Assembly: GCF_963921235.1 (NCBI RefSeq)
Contig: NC_086097.1
Coordinates: 20,214,001 to 20,278,000 of the forward strand
From: Mobula hypostoma
Taxonomy: Eukaryota
Reading direction: 5' to 3'
Length of the DNA stretch: 64,000 nt
In this document: in pieces, positions 24,714-37,890 of the stretch
Position numbering within the stretch: position 1 is the stretch's first letter
Layout of the letters: every line of letters begins with the position of its first letter
Notes under the pieces: generated by a model
Told to the model about the DNA's origin: nothing
Database searches by the model: none
Seen by the model: the letters and a program-made list of their open reading frames with translations, nothing else
Made by a program: the position numbers and the translations under genes

Positions 24714-25311
24714 CCATTCTTTTTAAGTTAAAGAGATGAAAATTGTACCCACTGCAGGCCGTCATCGGTTTGTTTGTTTATTTTCTCTTTAAGATTGCAG
24801 CACCTGCATTGTCTTGTGTCTCTAGAGAAAACGTTGACCCTGCATCAACTCTGTGGAGCCTACAAGACTTTGTGTTTTTAAAAAAAAACTGACCTCAAAC
24901 ATTCCCCTTATACTCTCCTCCAGTCACCTTAGAATTCTGCCATGGGCCTGTGCTGATCTGCTGTGGTATTAGAGTTATAGAGCACAGAAATAGGCCCTTC
25001 GGCCAAACTCATCCATGCAAACCAAGTTGTCTAACTGAGCCAATCCCATTTAGCTGCACTTTCGGTCATATGGCTCAAAACTTTTCCACCCATGTACCTG
25101 TCCAAATGTCTTTTAAATGTTGTAATTATACGTGCCTCTACCACTTCCTCTGGCAGATTATTCCATATACTCACCACCCTCTGTGTGGAAAAGCTTGCTC
25201 CTCAGATTCCCCTTGAATCTTTCACCTTAAACTGTGCCCTCTAAAGAGAGACTGGACAAACTAGGATTATTCTCCCTGGATCAAAGGAGGGTGAGGGGTG
25301 ACTGTATAGGG

Positions 25312-25388
25312 CAGGGGCCCCCAATCAGGAGTCTATGACCCATTTAATGGTATTGGTCCATGGCATAAAAGAGGTTGGGAAATCACTG
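25312..25388. mobile_element. hAT-type MITE
   Basis: CAG...CTG ends and an exact 8 bp TSD GTATAGGG (25304-25311, 25389-25396), inside a CR1 fragment. Confidence 0.75.
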
Positions 25389-26185
25389 GTATAGGGGTTT
25401 ATAAAATTGAGGGTTATTCGTAGATAAAGTGAATTGTCACCGTCAATTCACAACGAATTTTCTCAGAGTAGAGAAGTCTAAGACCAAAGGTCATTTGATG
25501 TTTACAGGTTTGCAAACTGAGACTTTATATGAATTCTACAATATCCCTCTTTGGTTAAACGTGTACTTCCTGTCAAGGTGAGGTAGACTATCTATAGATT
25601 GGTAACTGTTTGTTAAGCCTGGCTCCTCCCTTTTTGTGGTTAGGTTGATCCAAAAAGTAACCCCCAATTCTCATAATTGCACTTTATAGGATGGCACAAG
25701 TAAATTTTTGAACCAAATCAACTTGTACATAGGTTTAAATGTGACACTACGATGAGTTATTTATTGTGTATCACAACTTACTGTCAGCATACAAATAATC
25801 AACTGCATATACGAGCAAGTTGAATCTAGGTCATTCAAATGCGGACAGGGCAGGAGCACATCCTTTTTACAACATTCTTTCATCTCTCAAAGTCAATTTA
25901 TTCTGCCATCAGCTCAAAGCTACTAGGCTACATTCATAATTTGCCAAATTTAGACTTTGAACTTGCGACCTAGTCTGATGTCATTGTTACTGAGCCATAT
26001 ACTATTCCTGACAACTTCTGGAATTCAATTTTTGCCCAAAAACTACAAATTCCTATAAGGTCCTTGGTAGATATATTTGTATTTTGCAATCCCTTAAATG
26101 TACAAAATAGTAGACCATTGTTGCTGAATTTTATTATGATGTTGTTTAGTTATGCACAAGCTACAAGTAATAAGTATATGTAATA

Positions 26186-27478
26186 TAGCATGGATTTACA
26201 AAGGGGAAATCATGTTTGACTAATCTTCTGGAATTTGTTGAGGATGTAACTATGAAAATGAACATGGAAGAGCCAGTGGATGTAATGTACCTGGACTTTC
26301 AGAAAGCCTTTGATAAGGTCCCACATGGGAGGTTAGTGTGTAAAATTAGAGCACATGGTATTGGGGGTAGGGTACTGACATGGATAGAAAACTGGTTGGC
26401 GGACAGGAAACAAAGAGTAGGGATTAATGGGTCCTTTTCAGAATGGCAGGCAGTGACTAGTGGGGTACCACAAGGCTCGGTGCTGGGACCGCAGCTATTT
26501 ACAATATACATGAATGATTTAGATGATGGGATTAAAAGTAACGTTAGCAAATTTGCAGATGACAGAAAGCTAGGTGGCAGTGTGAAATGTGACAAAGATG
26601 TTATGAGAATGCATGGTGACTTGGACAGGTTGGGTGAGTGGGCAGATGCGTGACAGATGCAGTTTAATGTGGATAAGTGAGAGGTTATCCACTTTGGTGA
26701 TAAGAACAGGAAGGCAGATTACTATCTGAATGGTGTCAAGTTAGGAAAAGGGGAAGTACAACGAGATCTAGGTGTCCTTGTTCATCAGTCACTGAAAGTA
26801 AGCATGCAGGTACAGCAGGCAGTGAAGAAAGCTAATGGCATGCTGGCCTTCATAACAAGGGGAGTTGAGTATGGGAGCAAAGAGGTTCTTCTACAGTTGT
26901 ACAGGGCCCTGGTGTGACCACACCTGGAGTATTGTGTACAGTTTTGGTCTCCAAATTTGAGGAAGGACATTCTAGCTATTGAGGGAGTGCAGCGGAGGTT
27001 CACGAGGTTAATTCCCAGGATGGCGGGATTGTCATATGTTGAAAGATTGGAGCAACTGGGCTTGTATACACTGGAATTTAGAAGGATGAGAGGGGATCTG
27101 ATTGAAACATATAAGATTATTAAGGGAATGGACACGCTAGAGGCAGGAAACATGTTCCCGATGTTGGGGGAGTCCAGAACCAGAGGCCACAGTTTAAGAA
27201 TAAGGGGTAGGCCATTTAGAACGGAGTTGAGGAAAAACTTTTTTTACACAGAGGGTTGTGGATCTGTGGAATGCTCTGCCTCAGAAGGCAGTGGAGGCCA
27301 ATTCTCTGGATTCTTTCAAGAAAGAGTTAGATAGAGCTCTTAAAGATAGCAGAGTCAAGGGATGTGGGAAGAAGGCAGGAAAAGGGTACTGATTGTGGAT
27401 GATCAGCCATGATCACAGTGAATGGTGGTGCTGGCTCGAAGGGCTGAATAGCCTAATCCTGCACCTATTGTCTATTGT
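26186..27478 (+). mobile_element. CR1 LINE, RT to 3' tail, few stops
   Basis: YLDFQKAFDKVPH, SGVPQGSVLGP, KFADD; (TATTGTC)n tail. Confidence 0.92.
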
Positions 27479-27605
27479 AATAAAATAAAAAAAATTATAA
27501 AGGTCCTACATCGATCAATATGGTTAAAATGCTATAAATACATTTTAATAAAATGATAGTTTATGAATAATTTTAGTAAAATGATACTGTATGGTCTTCA
27601 ACCAG

Positions 27606-27937
27606 GTTATGCCTGAAACTGGTGCAGATTCAGATGATGAATCTCCCAATGTTGAACTCAGCAAGAGCAACAAAGGTGAATTAATGGATTTTCTAAGCCA
27701 AGATGAGGGAAATTTTAACAAGCAGTACTATGAAAGGCTTATGACCTTGAAGAACTCTGGTCGACAAAGACTGCTGGCACTGGACATGCAATATGAGCAG
27801 CAGAAGAATAAACTTAAATCAGAAGGTGAGGGAAAACTGGACAATGTGGGACTGACAGAAGAAGTGATCAAATTCTTTGCAATGAATGAAGGAAGAATTC
27901 CTGTGGACAACAGATCCTCCAAGCCGAATTCATCTAG
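27606..27937 (+). CDS. FAM161B: FAM161B coding exon 2
   Basis: cag|GTT ATG CCT ... TCT AG|GTGAGT; 332 bp; contains NKQYYERLMTLK...LLALDMQYE, resembling the FAM161 N-terminal helix. Confidence 0.85.
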
Positions 27938-28577
27938 GTGAGTCTGTTATGGAGTCAGAGAGCAATACGACACGGATGCAGGCCCTTTGGTTCAACCAGT
28001 CCATGCGGCTGGTCCCAATTTCCTGAGTTCAGCCCATATCCCTGCATGCCCGTCCCTCCCGTGTACCTATCTGAGTGCTTTTCTCACAGCGCATTCCATA
28101 TACTCTCCACTCTCTGCGTGAAAAAGTTGCCCCTCAGATCCCTTCTAAATCTTTCCCCTCTCAGCCTGAATCTGTGTCCCCTAGTTTTGGTCTCACCTAT
28201 TCTGGAGAAAAGACTGTTACCATCCACTATATCTATGCCTCTTGTAATTTTAAACATGTCTATATATGGTTGCCTCTCATTCTCCTGCATTCCAAGGAAT
28301 AAAAATCTAGCCTGGCAAATCTCTTCCTATATCTCAGGCCCTCTAGTCCCGGTAACATCCTCATAAATCTTTTCTGTACTCTTTCCATGTTGTGGATAAA
28401 TCCACCAAGTTTGGTGAAATTTTGTCACCTTAATTCTCTCAAACATCATTTAGTCCCTTTTGTTGGCTTAAGTGAATTTAACAATAACTTGAATTTTGGT
28501 AGCATCTTCTAATATAGGAATACAGTCAGAGATGATTATCAAGAATATTATCACAAAGGTATCTTTCAACACTCACA

Positions 28578-28782
28578 AACACAAGACATTGTGCAGATGC
28601 TGAAAATCAGAGTAACACACACAAAATGCTGGAGGAACTCAGCATGTCAAGCAACATCTATAGAGAGGAATAAAGAGTTGATGTTTTGGGCCAAGACCCT
28701 TCATCAGGACTGCCTGAAATATCAGTTTTGTTCTTCTCCAGAGATGCTGCCTGACCTGTGGAGTTCCTCCAGCATCTTGACT
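28578..28782. mobile_element. Penelope-derived foldback element with a decayed hammerhead core on the minus strand (28676-28712)
   Basis: Arms AATGCTGGAGGAACTC...CATCT / AGATGCTGCCTGACC...GAGTTCCTCCAGCAT; minus-strand core AGTC CTGATGA AGGGTCTTGGCCC AAAA CATC AACT. Confidence 0.7.
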
Positions 28783-31610
28783 TTGTTACTTTCAACACTC
28801 AGTTATGGAAGATGATATCAAGAAGTATAAGCATAGAAAGGTGATTAAGGTTTAGGAAGGAAATTCTAGTTAACGATAAAAGTACAGTGCTCAGTAAAAG
28901 AACAATTAAAATCAAGGATGAGCGCAATTTAGTAATTGGTAAAGTTTGCATTCTTGGAGCCCATTTAACAAACAATAAAATATCTTGTTAAACTCTGAAT
29001 CAATTTTTTAAGATAATGACTGATATAATAGAGCAACATTGATTGAGCACAATACAATTCTGATAACCTATGCCACTAAGTGATGTGCATACTCAGAAAC
29101 TACAGCATGCCAACATACAACAAGACAGACACAACAACAGCAAAACAGACCCTCTTCCTACCCCACCCTCATTGGGATTCAATGGCCCTTGTCCTTGGGG
29201 CCCAGTGACTGCGGTCCTTGACCTTGGGGATTGCATAACTGTGGCATTCCAAAACTGCAAATACTTCACACTAGTTAGCATGCAGGAATTTCAGAAATTT
29301 GTTTTTAATAATCAAAACAGAGAACCGACATAGCTGGTTACCTTTAATCTGAGATTCAATTACCCTTTTTAATAGTGTCTTTCTTAATAAGTCTCATTTA
29401 CTGAAGATGAAATGTTACTTTTGTTCTTTATTCATTCCCATCCTGTTATTTCAGCTGACTTTCCATTGGGCAAGTTAGGAATATCAGATGGAACCTGTAA
29501 ATTGTATTTAGGGAATAAATTAATGAATAATAATTTTCTGTCAACAGAAATATTTCACTTCCTTTCCACACCATCTCCTCCAACGCACTACACCTGGGAC
29601 TTTTGAAGTCCAAATTATTTTGGATTTTGTTGTATTTACAAATTGGATTACACCAAACGTTTATCATATCTGCATGGACATTAATTCCCACAGAACAATG
29701 CTTGATCCTCTTCACCAGTGGGTCAAAACCTTGTTCTGTGAAGCTCTTGACGTCAATGGTGTGCAACTGCTTCTCAGGTTTTAAAACAAACTATACACAG
29801 GCAACTTTCATAGCACATTATGATGTTCAGGACATGTAATGGTAAGACACTCACAGACTACTCAACAATTGCAGACCTGAACAGCACACTATTATAACTT
29901 GAGAGCTCAGATGGTTTGGCATCAATATGGCTGCTCTGACTGATGCATACCATGGAGAGGGGGTGGCCAGTTTGAAAATACTAGCTTACTTTCCTGTAAG
30001 CCTACAACTTATTCTCTTGCACATGCTCGACACCCCATTTGATTTTTTTTTCCTTTTGCCTACACCAGAATTATCAACAGTGGCCATTTAACTTGAGTAC
30101 CTTAAAACCCTTGCATTCCTGTTAGTACTCTGACACCTTTTAAATTTTTTTTAAAGTATGTTACACAGTATAATAAATTTTATAGCAAACATGGTAAGGT
30201 TAAATAAAGAGTGAGAAACAGACCAGGTAGTTTTCAAGGGAACATTGGAATGGGGGTTTAAAGGGAGTTTAATGAGTGTCTTCCAGGGAAGTGTGAGAAC
30301 TGGAGCCCCAGTGTGTCAGGAGGAGTGTGGGAACCAAGGCACTAGTGTGTCAGAGGGAGCGTAGGAGTCAGCTGGATGTGGATCCACTAGGATTTACAAA
30401 TAGTCGGATAGGGGATTATCAGAGCTTTACTGTACATCATTTGGATGTGGAAGGAAACTGGAGCACCCTGGTAAACCAATATAGTAATAGAAAGAATGCG
30501 CAAACTCCAGACTGACGGCACCAGAGGTCAGGATTAAATCTGGGCCACTGGAGCTCTCAGAAAAAGCTTCAATGGAAAAACATGCAACATCTTCACTAAG
30601 AGCCAGAGTTTGTGGCATATAACCAGTCAAAATGCAGCAGATGATATTGAGAAATTTTGTGTCCTTATATAGGGAGTTCAGAGAATTTGTATGTAATTGG
30701 GGGAAAGAGCAAAAACTGCACTCCCGTCCATCTCTTTGGCCACCATCCTGTCCCATCTGTAGAAGGGTGTCAAAAGCTATGGGGGGAAGGTGGGAGAATG
30801 AGGTTGAGAGGGATAATAAATAAGACTCAATGGGCTGAATGGGATACTAAATCAGCCATCATTAAATGGCAGACCAGACTCGGAGGGCCAAATGGCCTAA
30901 TTCTGCTCCTATGTATTATGGTCATTTAAGCAGTGCAAAGGCGATGGATGGTGTGGATACAGAAAGCAGGGTTTTGGATGAATTCAGATTTATAGAGTGT
31001 AGAAGTTAAAAGGCCAGAGAGGAAAATGTTAGAATAGTCCAGCCTGTCAGCATTAGTAGCTGAATGAGGGTTTTGGCAGCAAGTTGAACCTAGCAGTTTG
31101 CCAATTTTGGATATGGAAAGGCATGTTAGAAGATTACATCCAGTAGCCATCTGTCTTGCTGTAAATTATTGGGATAGCTTCACAGAATTGGATAAAGGAT
31201 TGTTATTCTCAGATCAGCACAGGCCCATGGTGTACTGCCACACAGGTCCTAGATGTATGAAGAGGCATAGTTTTAAGATGATAGTGTGAAGATTAGGGGG
31301 ATGAAAGAGGTAAGTTTTCTTTTACAGGTGCATGGAACGCACTGCCAGGGGTGATGGTAGAGGCAAATATATTGGGGAGATTCTATAGGCTCAGACAGGC
31401 ACACGGAGGTCTATGTTGAGGGGAAGGCTTAGATTAATCTTGGAGCAGGTTAAAAGGTCAGCACAATAACATGGGCAAAAAAGGCCTGTGCTGTGCTCTA
31501 TTGTTCTATGTTCTGAATATCTATATGGTGTTTGGATGAAATGTTGCATTTAAACAAGCCGAGCTATTCATAGTTTGATTTAGTGTCAGCTATTTTTATT
31601 TCTTTACCAG

Positions 31611-31756
31611 AAATATAATGAAGAGAAATTCCTACTCTGGTAATGAACACTGCAGTTTAACAGATACAAAGGGATCTGTTAAAAAGGATCTTTTGCAGCC
31701 AAAAAAGCCCAGCAGACCTGAGAGTACCACATCGGCTTGGATCTCACAGATCACAG
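31611..31756 (+). CDS. FAM161B: FAM161B coding exon 3
   Basis: Pyrimidine tract plus cag acceptor, G|GTGAGA donor; 146 bp, phase 2 to 1; ends SAWISQIT and joins exon 4 to give ITVPQPF. Confidence 0.87.
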
Positions 31757-32524
31757 GTGAGACTTTACAAATTTATTCACCAGTCAATGCCAAGCTTTCC
31801 AAATGAGAAATATAAAAGTAAAGTAACAGACCTATCAGAAAGTGCAAATGTGTTAAAAGTCTTGTATGGAAAAATACTTGTATTTTACAAACATGTGGGT
31901 TGCCCCCAGCACATCGTTTGGTTACGTTGCTTCTTTCGCAAATAATATTTCCACATTTAAGAGAAGTTTGTTTAAGTACATGGATGAGAGGGGTATGGAG
32001 GGCTATGGTCCAGGTGCCAGTCAATGGGACTCGGCAGAGTAACAGTTGTGCACAGCTAGATAGGCCAAGTGGCCTGTTTCTATTATGACTCTGATATACA
32101 TTTCACTTTATGTTTTGATGTACATGTGATAAATAAAAAAAAAAGCTATCCTTTATAGTTGTAGTAAGATCTCCAACAGCTCTCATTTAATTAAAAGGCG
32201 GGAGATGGAAATTGCTACAAACTACAAAATCTGCACAAGACATCTGGGGCTGAATTTTCCTTTGCAATGACCTGAACTCAGTTTCCTTCCTGCAGCTCAG
32301 CTGCGGCAGATGCTAATAACCATTCATCAGCTGTTTAGTACTGGTAGGCAGGTTATGAACTTGTGCCAAGGACCATGATCTCTGCTAGCCTTGTATAAAC
32401 TGAAAGACATGACAGAAGGATCAAGGGTAGCAATGGTAAAGAGTGTCATCTAACTTGTACAGTACTCTACAACCTGAAACAAATGAGAGCAAAGTCACAT
32501 TTTACTCCTGTGCAATGTTCCATT

Positions 32525-33003
32525 CATATAACTATATAACAATTACAGCACAAAAACAGGCCATCTCAGCCCTTCTAGTCCATGCCAAACTCTTACTCTC
32601 ACCTAGTCCCACCAACCTGCACTCAGCCCATAACCCTCCATTCCTTTCCTGTCCATATATCTATCCAATTTAACTTTAAACGACAACATTGAACCTGCCT
32701 CAACCACTTCTGCTGGAAGCTCGTTCCACACAGCTACCACTCTCTGAGTAAAGAAGTTCCCCCTCATGTTACCCCTAAACTCATGTCCTCTTGTTTGAAT
32801 CTTCCCCACTCTCAATGGAAAAAGCCTATCCACGTCAACTCTATCAATCCCCCTCATAATTTTACACACCTCTATCAAGTCCCCCCTCAACCTTCTATGC
32901 TCCAAAGAATAAAGACCTAACTTGTTCAACCTTTCTCTGTAACTTAGATGAAACCCAGGCAACATTTTAGTAAACCTCCTCTGTACTCTCTCAATTTTAT
33001 TCA
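32525..33003 (-). mobile_element. CR1 LINE 3' end
   Basis: KIERVQRRFTKMLPG...RGDLIE...FFTQRVV.VWNELP. Confidence 0.9.
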
Positions 33004-33049
33004 ATTATTCTAGTGTTGGGAAAAGATGAGGGCCCAGAAATTCAATCAC

Positions 33050-33051
<2 letters not shown>

Positions 33052-33087
<36 letters not shown>
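33052..33087. repeat. (TG)n microsatellite
   Basis: Dinucleotide run. Confidence 0.95.
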
Positions 33088-33091
<4 letters not shown>

Positions 33092-33465
33092 GAATCACTC
33101 CCAGAATTGCATGTGGCTATTGTGCCAACTATGTACAAAGTGGAGAGTCTTACCAGGTAAATGTAGAACATATTTCTTGACGTGTAATGAAAATCTTTCT
33201 TGAATGAGAAGGGTGTGCTACTCTTCACTGTGCAATATTATCACTTTTACAACCACAAGTGAATTTGTCATCTGACATATTTGCTGTTCTCATTCCCAGC
33301 GAGTTCTCATAGAAGAATACGGTTTTGAACTACTTGCTTCTGAGAAAGGAGGCAGTTTAGAGAGAAGTTCCAGGAAGAGTCTCAAGAATAACAAACTGCT
33401 ACTTTACATTTGAGTAACATAAAAGGATAAGGAGTCAGTCACTTTACAGAAGATCTTGGAAATTA

Positions 33466-34207
33466 CAATGGGTTCTGGTTAATTGGGACAGCCATTTATT
33501 TAGAACAACTCTTAAAGAACAAAAGCTAATCCAGAAAATAGCACAGATTCCCTTTGTTTATTTGGGACATTATATTGCTTAATTGGGCATTAGATATTGC
33601 TGAACAATTTTTAACTGTTGTCAGTCGCATGCACTTGCATGACCGTTAGATACCACACTACTTGGAGTGAACAGTTTTTAAACAGCGTCAGTAGTGTGTG
33701 TTTGTGTTCAAAAAGCAGCAATTCTTGTCACTGATAGTCAGGGAGAAATGAGCAATAAGACAATTCAGTATTGTATTGCTCACTGTACTTTCAAGCATTC
33801 AGACTTGGAGATGCCAGAACTGGCTGGGAGTGAAAATGAAATAATTCCACTAACTCAACAAGTTAATAAGTTACGGGAAATTTGAATGTTTATAAAAATG
33901 AAGATTTGGAGGATGCAATCATTGTATGAAGGCAGTCTATTATCTGCACTGGGTGTCTGTGCTGATTTGTTCATTTATAGTCAAATGAATACAGTGTGAA
34001 TTAATTGGCAAGCATTAGGAACCAATATGCAGTTTTGTAGTACTGCAGTAGTATTGGTAGTATTCTAATTTGTTCTATATTTCATTTAAATACATAATGC
34101 ATTCCTCAGGTTTGTCTTTTTTATACCGTTTTAATTATTTCATGAAACTGGCTAATTAGGCCAAAATGTTCTGGTCCTGAGGTGTCCCAATTAACCAGAA
34201 TCCACTG
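33466..34207. mobile_element. Non-autonomous pogo/Tigger-type element
   Basis: 25 bp TIR CA(A/G)TGG(G/A)TTCTGGTTAATTGGGACA with 2 mismatches; TA TSD on both sides. Confidence 0.82.
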
Positions 34208-34410
34208 TACTTGTGATAAGTGCTTAAAAAAACAGAGTTAGTGAAAGAGTAATTACCTGTGAATGCAGTTAAGTGGGTGCCTATAGTCACTGCACAATGT
34301 TAGAAAGAAAGAACATGCAAGGTAAAGAAAGGAAAAATTAGATTGGCAGGGATCTACCTAATGTGAGCTTGGTTGAGAACATAGAATAGTACAGCATTAG
34401 ACAGGCCATT

Positions 34411-35024
34411 TGTTGTAAGTGAGGAAACAGATTTGATAGGTCTCAAAGGCAAGGACTCTGGACACAACCTTGGTTGTAAAGGATTTTATTTACAGAAGAC
34501 AAACGTGGGGAAATGGCAACAGAAACAACACGCACACGCACACAATTCACAGTAGTCAGATCAGCAATAAAACACACGGACAATTAATAAAATCGCGTGG
34601 GACGCACACACAATATGATAACCCGACACCCTTGTCTCTGTGTGGGCACGGCTCTTATGATATTAGGGACGATACCCACACCCCTAACCCTATTCAATGC
34701 ACAACTCACCAACAGCAGGGTGGTCCCTCAGAGGTAGCAAAAAAGAGAAAGGGTCAAGCCCATGTGGCTTCCTTTAGAGTGCAGCAGGGCTGATGAGTCC
34801 AGCCCAGGTGATTCACAGGGAAGCCAATGGCTCGGTGCCAGCAGGGTTAAGCTGATTACAAAGGCCAATTGCCCAAGGTCAAGTACAAGGCTAATTAAAG
34901 GGGCCAATGGTTAGGTGTGCATTGATGGGCGAGGAGGGGTCAAACCTTGATTGGCAGGTGGCGTGTCTTTCAACCAGTTAAACGGGCAGTGCTGTCACGT
35001 GACAGTCACGGCCCCTCCAATATA
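34411..35024 (-). mobile_element. Probable solo LTR inserted in a CR1 tail
   Basis: Starts TGTTGT; 5 bp direct repeat CCATT (34406-34410, 35025-35029); AATAAA on minus near 34485; right end reads TA rather than CA. Confidence 0.62.
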
Positions 35025-35099
35025 CCATTCTGCCCACAACGTTGCACCAGTCTTGCTGCTAATTTATACCAATTGTCCTCCTCCTGTGGACATTTAGTA

Positions 35100-35752
35100 T
35101 AACACAAAGTACTCTGCAGATGCTGGGGTCAAAGCAACACTCACAACACACTGGAGGAACTCAGCAGGTCGGGCAGCATCCGTGGAAACGATCAGTTAAC
35201 ATTTCGGGCCGAAACCCTTCATCAGGACTGAAGAAGGAAGGGGCAGAGGCCCTATAAAGAAGGTGGGGGAGGGGGGGAAGGAGAAGGCTGGAAGGTTAAG
35301 GACAGTGGTTTCCCTTCTGCCATCATCAATGATGACCTTACCCGCATTGACTCCATTTCCCGCACTTCGGCCCTCACCCCATCCTCCCGCCACCGCAACA
35401 GGGACAGAGTTCCCCTTGTCCTCACCTACCACCCCACCAGCCTCTGGATCCAGCATATTATCCTCCACAACTTCCACCACCTTCAACAGGACCCCACCAC
35501 TAAGCACGTCTTTCCCTCTCTACCCCTCTCCGCTTTCCGCAGGGATCGTTCCCTCCGCGACTTCCTGGTCCACACGTCCCTCCCCAGGGATCTCCCACCC
35601 GGCACTTATCCCTGTAAGCGTAAGTGCTACACCTGTCCCTACACCTCCTCTCTTGCCACCATTCAGGGCCCCAAACAGTTCTTCTAGGTGAGGCAACACT
35701 TCACTTGTGAGTCTGTTGGGGTCATCTATTGCATCCGGTGCTCCCAGTGCAG
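35100..35752. mobile_element. Penelope-like element: inverted terminal segment (35100-35295) joined to a plus-strand coding fragment
   Basis: Plus strand RDRVPLVLTYHPTSL.IQHIIL.NF.HLQ.DPTT...AFRRDRSLRD.LV...C..KC.TC...FTCES.GVIYCIRCS.C; hammerhead-like core on minus at 35193-35230. Confidence 0.82.
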
Positions 35753-37890
35753 TACTTTCTCATTTCATTTGACCTCCCAAGGTGCTTCATTTCACATTAG
35801 CCTGGATTAAACTCCATCTGCCACTTCTCTGCCTATATCTGTAATTTATTTATATCCCACTGTGTTTTTTGATAGCCCTTTATATTACTATTCTCAGGTC
35901 TATCAGCTGGCCTTGCTTATTTCCCAAAACTAGGCCCAGTATGTTTTCCTGTAGTTAGTCTCCACATCCTCTCAGATGTTCTGAAGAAATCCCAGCCTAC
36001 CCAAGTCTTTTGTATGATGGGAGTTCCACTCATTACCAGAGAAGTTAAATTCCCAAAGTTTAAAAATTCAAACTGAATTTATTATCAAGGCACATATATG
36101 TCTACCATTACTACCATGACATTCATTTTCTTGCAGCCATTCACAGTAGAACAAAGAAATAATAAAATCGATGAAAAACTACACACATAGACTGACAAAC
36201 AACCAATGTGTAAAAGACAAACTGTGTAAATACAAAAAAAGAATAAGTAGTTGTAGAGGCGATGACAACCCAGTTGTCTCTTCACCTTTCCATAAATCTA
36301 TTTGCATATCTGTTCCTCTACCTCTCTGTGATGATGGGGGGGGGGGGGCTCTAGTACCCTGTCAGTATAATTACACCCTTCTTATTTTGGAGCTCCACTT
36401 AAATGACTTCTCTAGTTTGTCCTCTGCTTGGTACTGCTGTGACATTCTCCCTTATCAGGAGGGCAATCCTTCCTCCTCTTTTACCCCCACATCTAAAACA
36501 ACAAAAGCCAGGAAAGTTGAGCTGTTCGTCACACAACCATGCCTCCTAATTTCATATACTGATGCAGGCTCTAAGTTCACCCTCCTAGTGTTGAAATAAA
36601 CACATTTCATCCCATCAGTCCCACCATGTTTATTAGCATGCCCCTTGCTGTCCTTCCATTCAGTCTTACTTATTATATCCTCTATCTTGTCCTCAAACCT
36701 GTTATTGAAGAGCAGAGGGAACATTTTATTGTAAGTGTGGTTGTCTTCTAGCTGACAAGGTTGCACTTGACAAATATCAAGGGGAAAGGTTTTCTGTTTC
36801 AGTTGACACTCCTTACATTTCTTGACAGAAAACTAACCAACTGTGTCAGTTACAAGAGAGTCACAAATAAATTCAACAAGGAATTTGGCAGAAGTTGCTT
36901 TACACACAGAGAATGGTTAGAATGTGGGTGTAATGATTGAGGCTTACAAAATAAATTGATTGAAATAGATGAGGATAAAAGAAATTGAAGAATTTAGTGA
37001 TAAAACAGGAGGAAGCTCACATAGGCTCAACACCAGTACTCAGACTCAATGTCTTGTGTCTGTGATGTAGATGTAAGTAGCTGAGTGAGAAATTGAAATG
37101 AGATTTACTGGCTCTTATATATAGTTTCTATACAGATTCAATCATACTGTGATCACTCTTTCCAAGGGGAACCCAAACTCCTCTTGAGATTTTATTTATC
37201 TCATTTCATAGGACCAGATCTAAGATAGCACATTCCCTTGTAAGTTCAGCAACATGCTGTTCAAGAAAGTCACCACGGATGCATTCTATAAAGCCCTCCT
37301 CAAGACTGCCTCGACCAACTTGATTCACCCAATCTATGTGCGAGTTAAAGTCCCCCATGATAACTGTTGTTCCATTCTAACATGCCTCAAATATTTCTTT
37401 GTTTATTGCCGGTGCCTCTGTAATGTTATTATTTGGTGGCCAATAGACAAGTGATTTTTTTTTCCCTTTACTATTCTTAATCTCTACCCAGATGGATTCA
37501 ACGTTCTGCTCCTTAGATCTTATATCGTCTCTCACTATTGCCCTGATCTCATCTTTAAGAGCGCTACCCAACTGCCCTTACCTTCCTGCCTATTCTTCTG
37601 TAATATCTGATGACCTTGGACATTTAATTCCCAATCCTCTTCACCCTGCAACCACGTCTGTGTAATGGCCACTTTAATGGCCCTTTGTACTGATTTGAGC
37701 CACAAGTTCACTGGCCTTGTTTCAAATACTACAGGCATTCAAATAAAGTGCCCTTACACTCATTGTGCTTCTAAAATCTTGTAATCTTTTACTCTTTTGC
37801 ACTTGACTTTTCTTCACTCCACTTTTACTTTTCTCTTTTGCTTTTTCTTTATCTTTATCCACACTTTTCTTTTTCACTTTATCCATACTT

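Noticed and set aside
25500..26160. Unassigned AT-rich segment with a polypurine-tract-like word
   Set aside because: No TG...CA termini, TSD or ORF that I could support
35263..35691. Pro/Ser/Thr-rich 142 aa ORF resembling a mucin
   Set aside because: Alternate frame of the Penelope coding fragment
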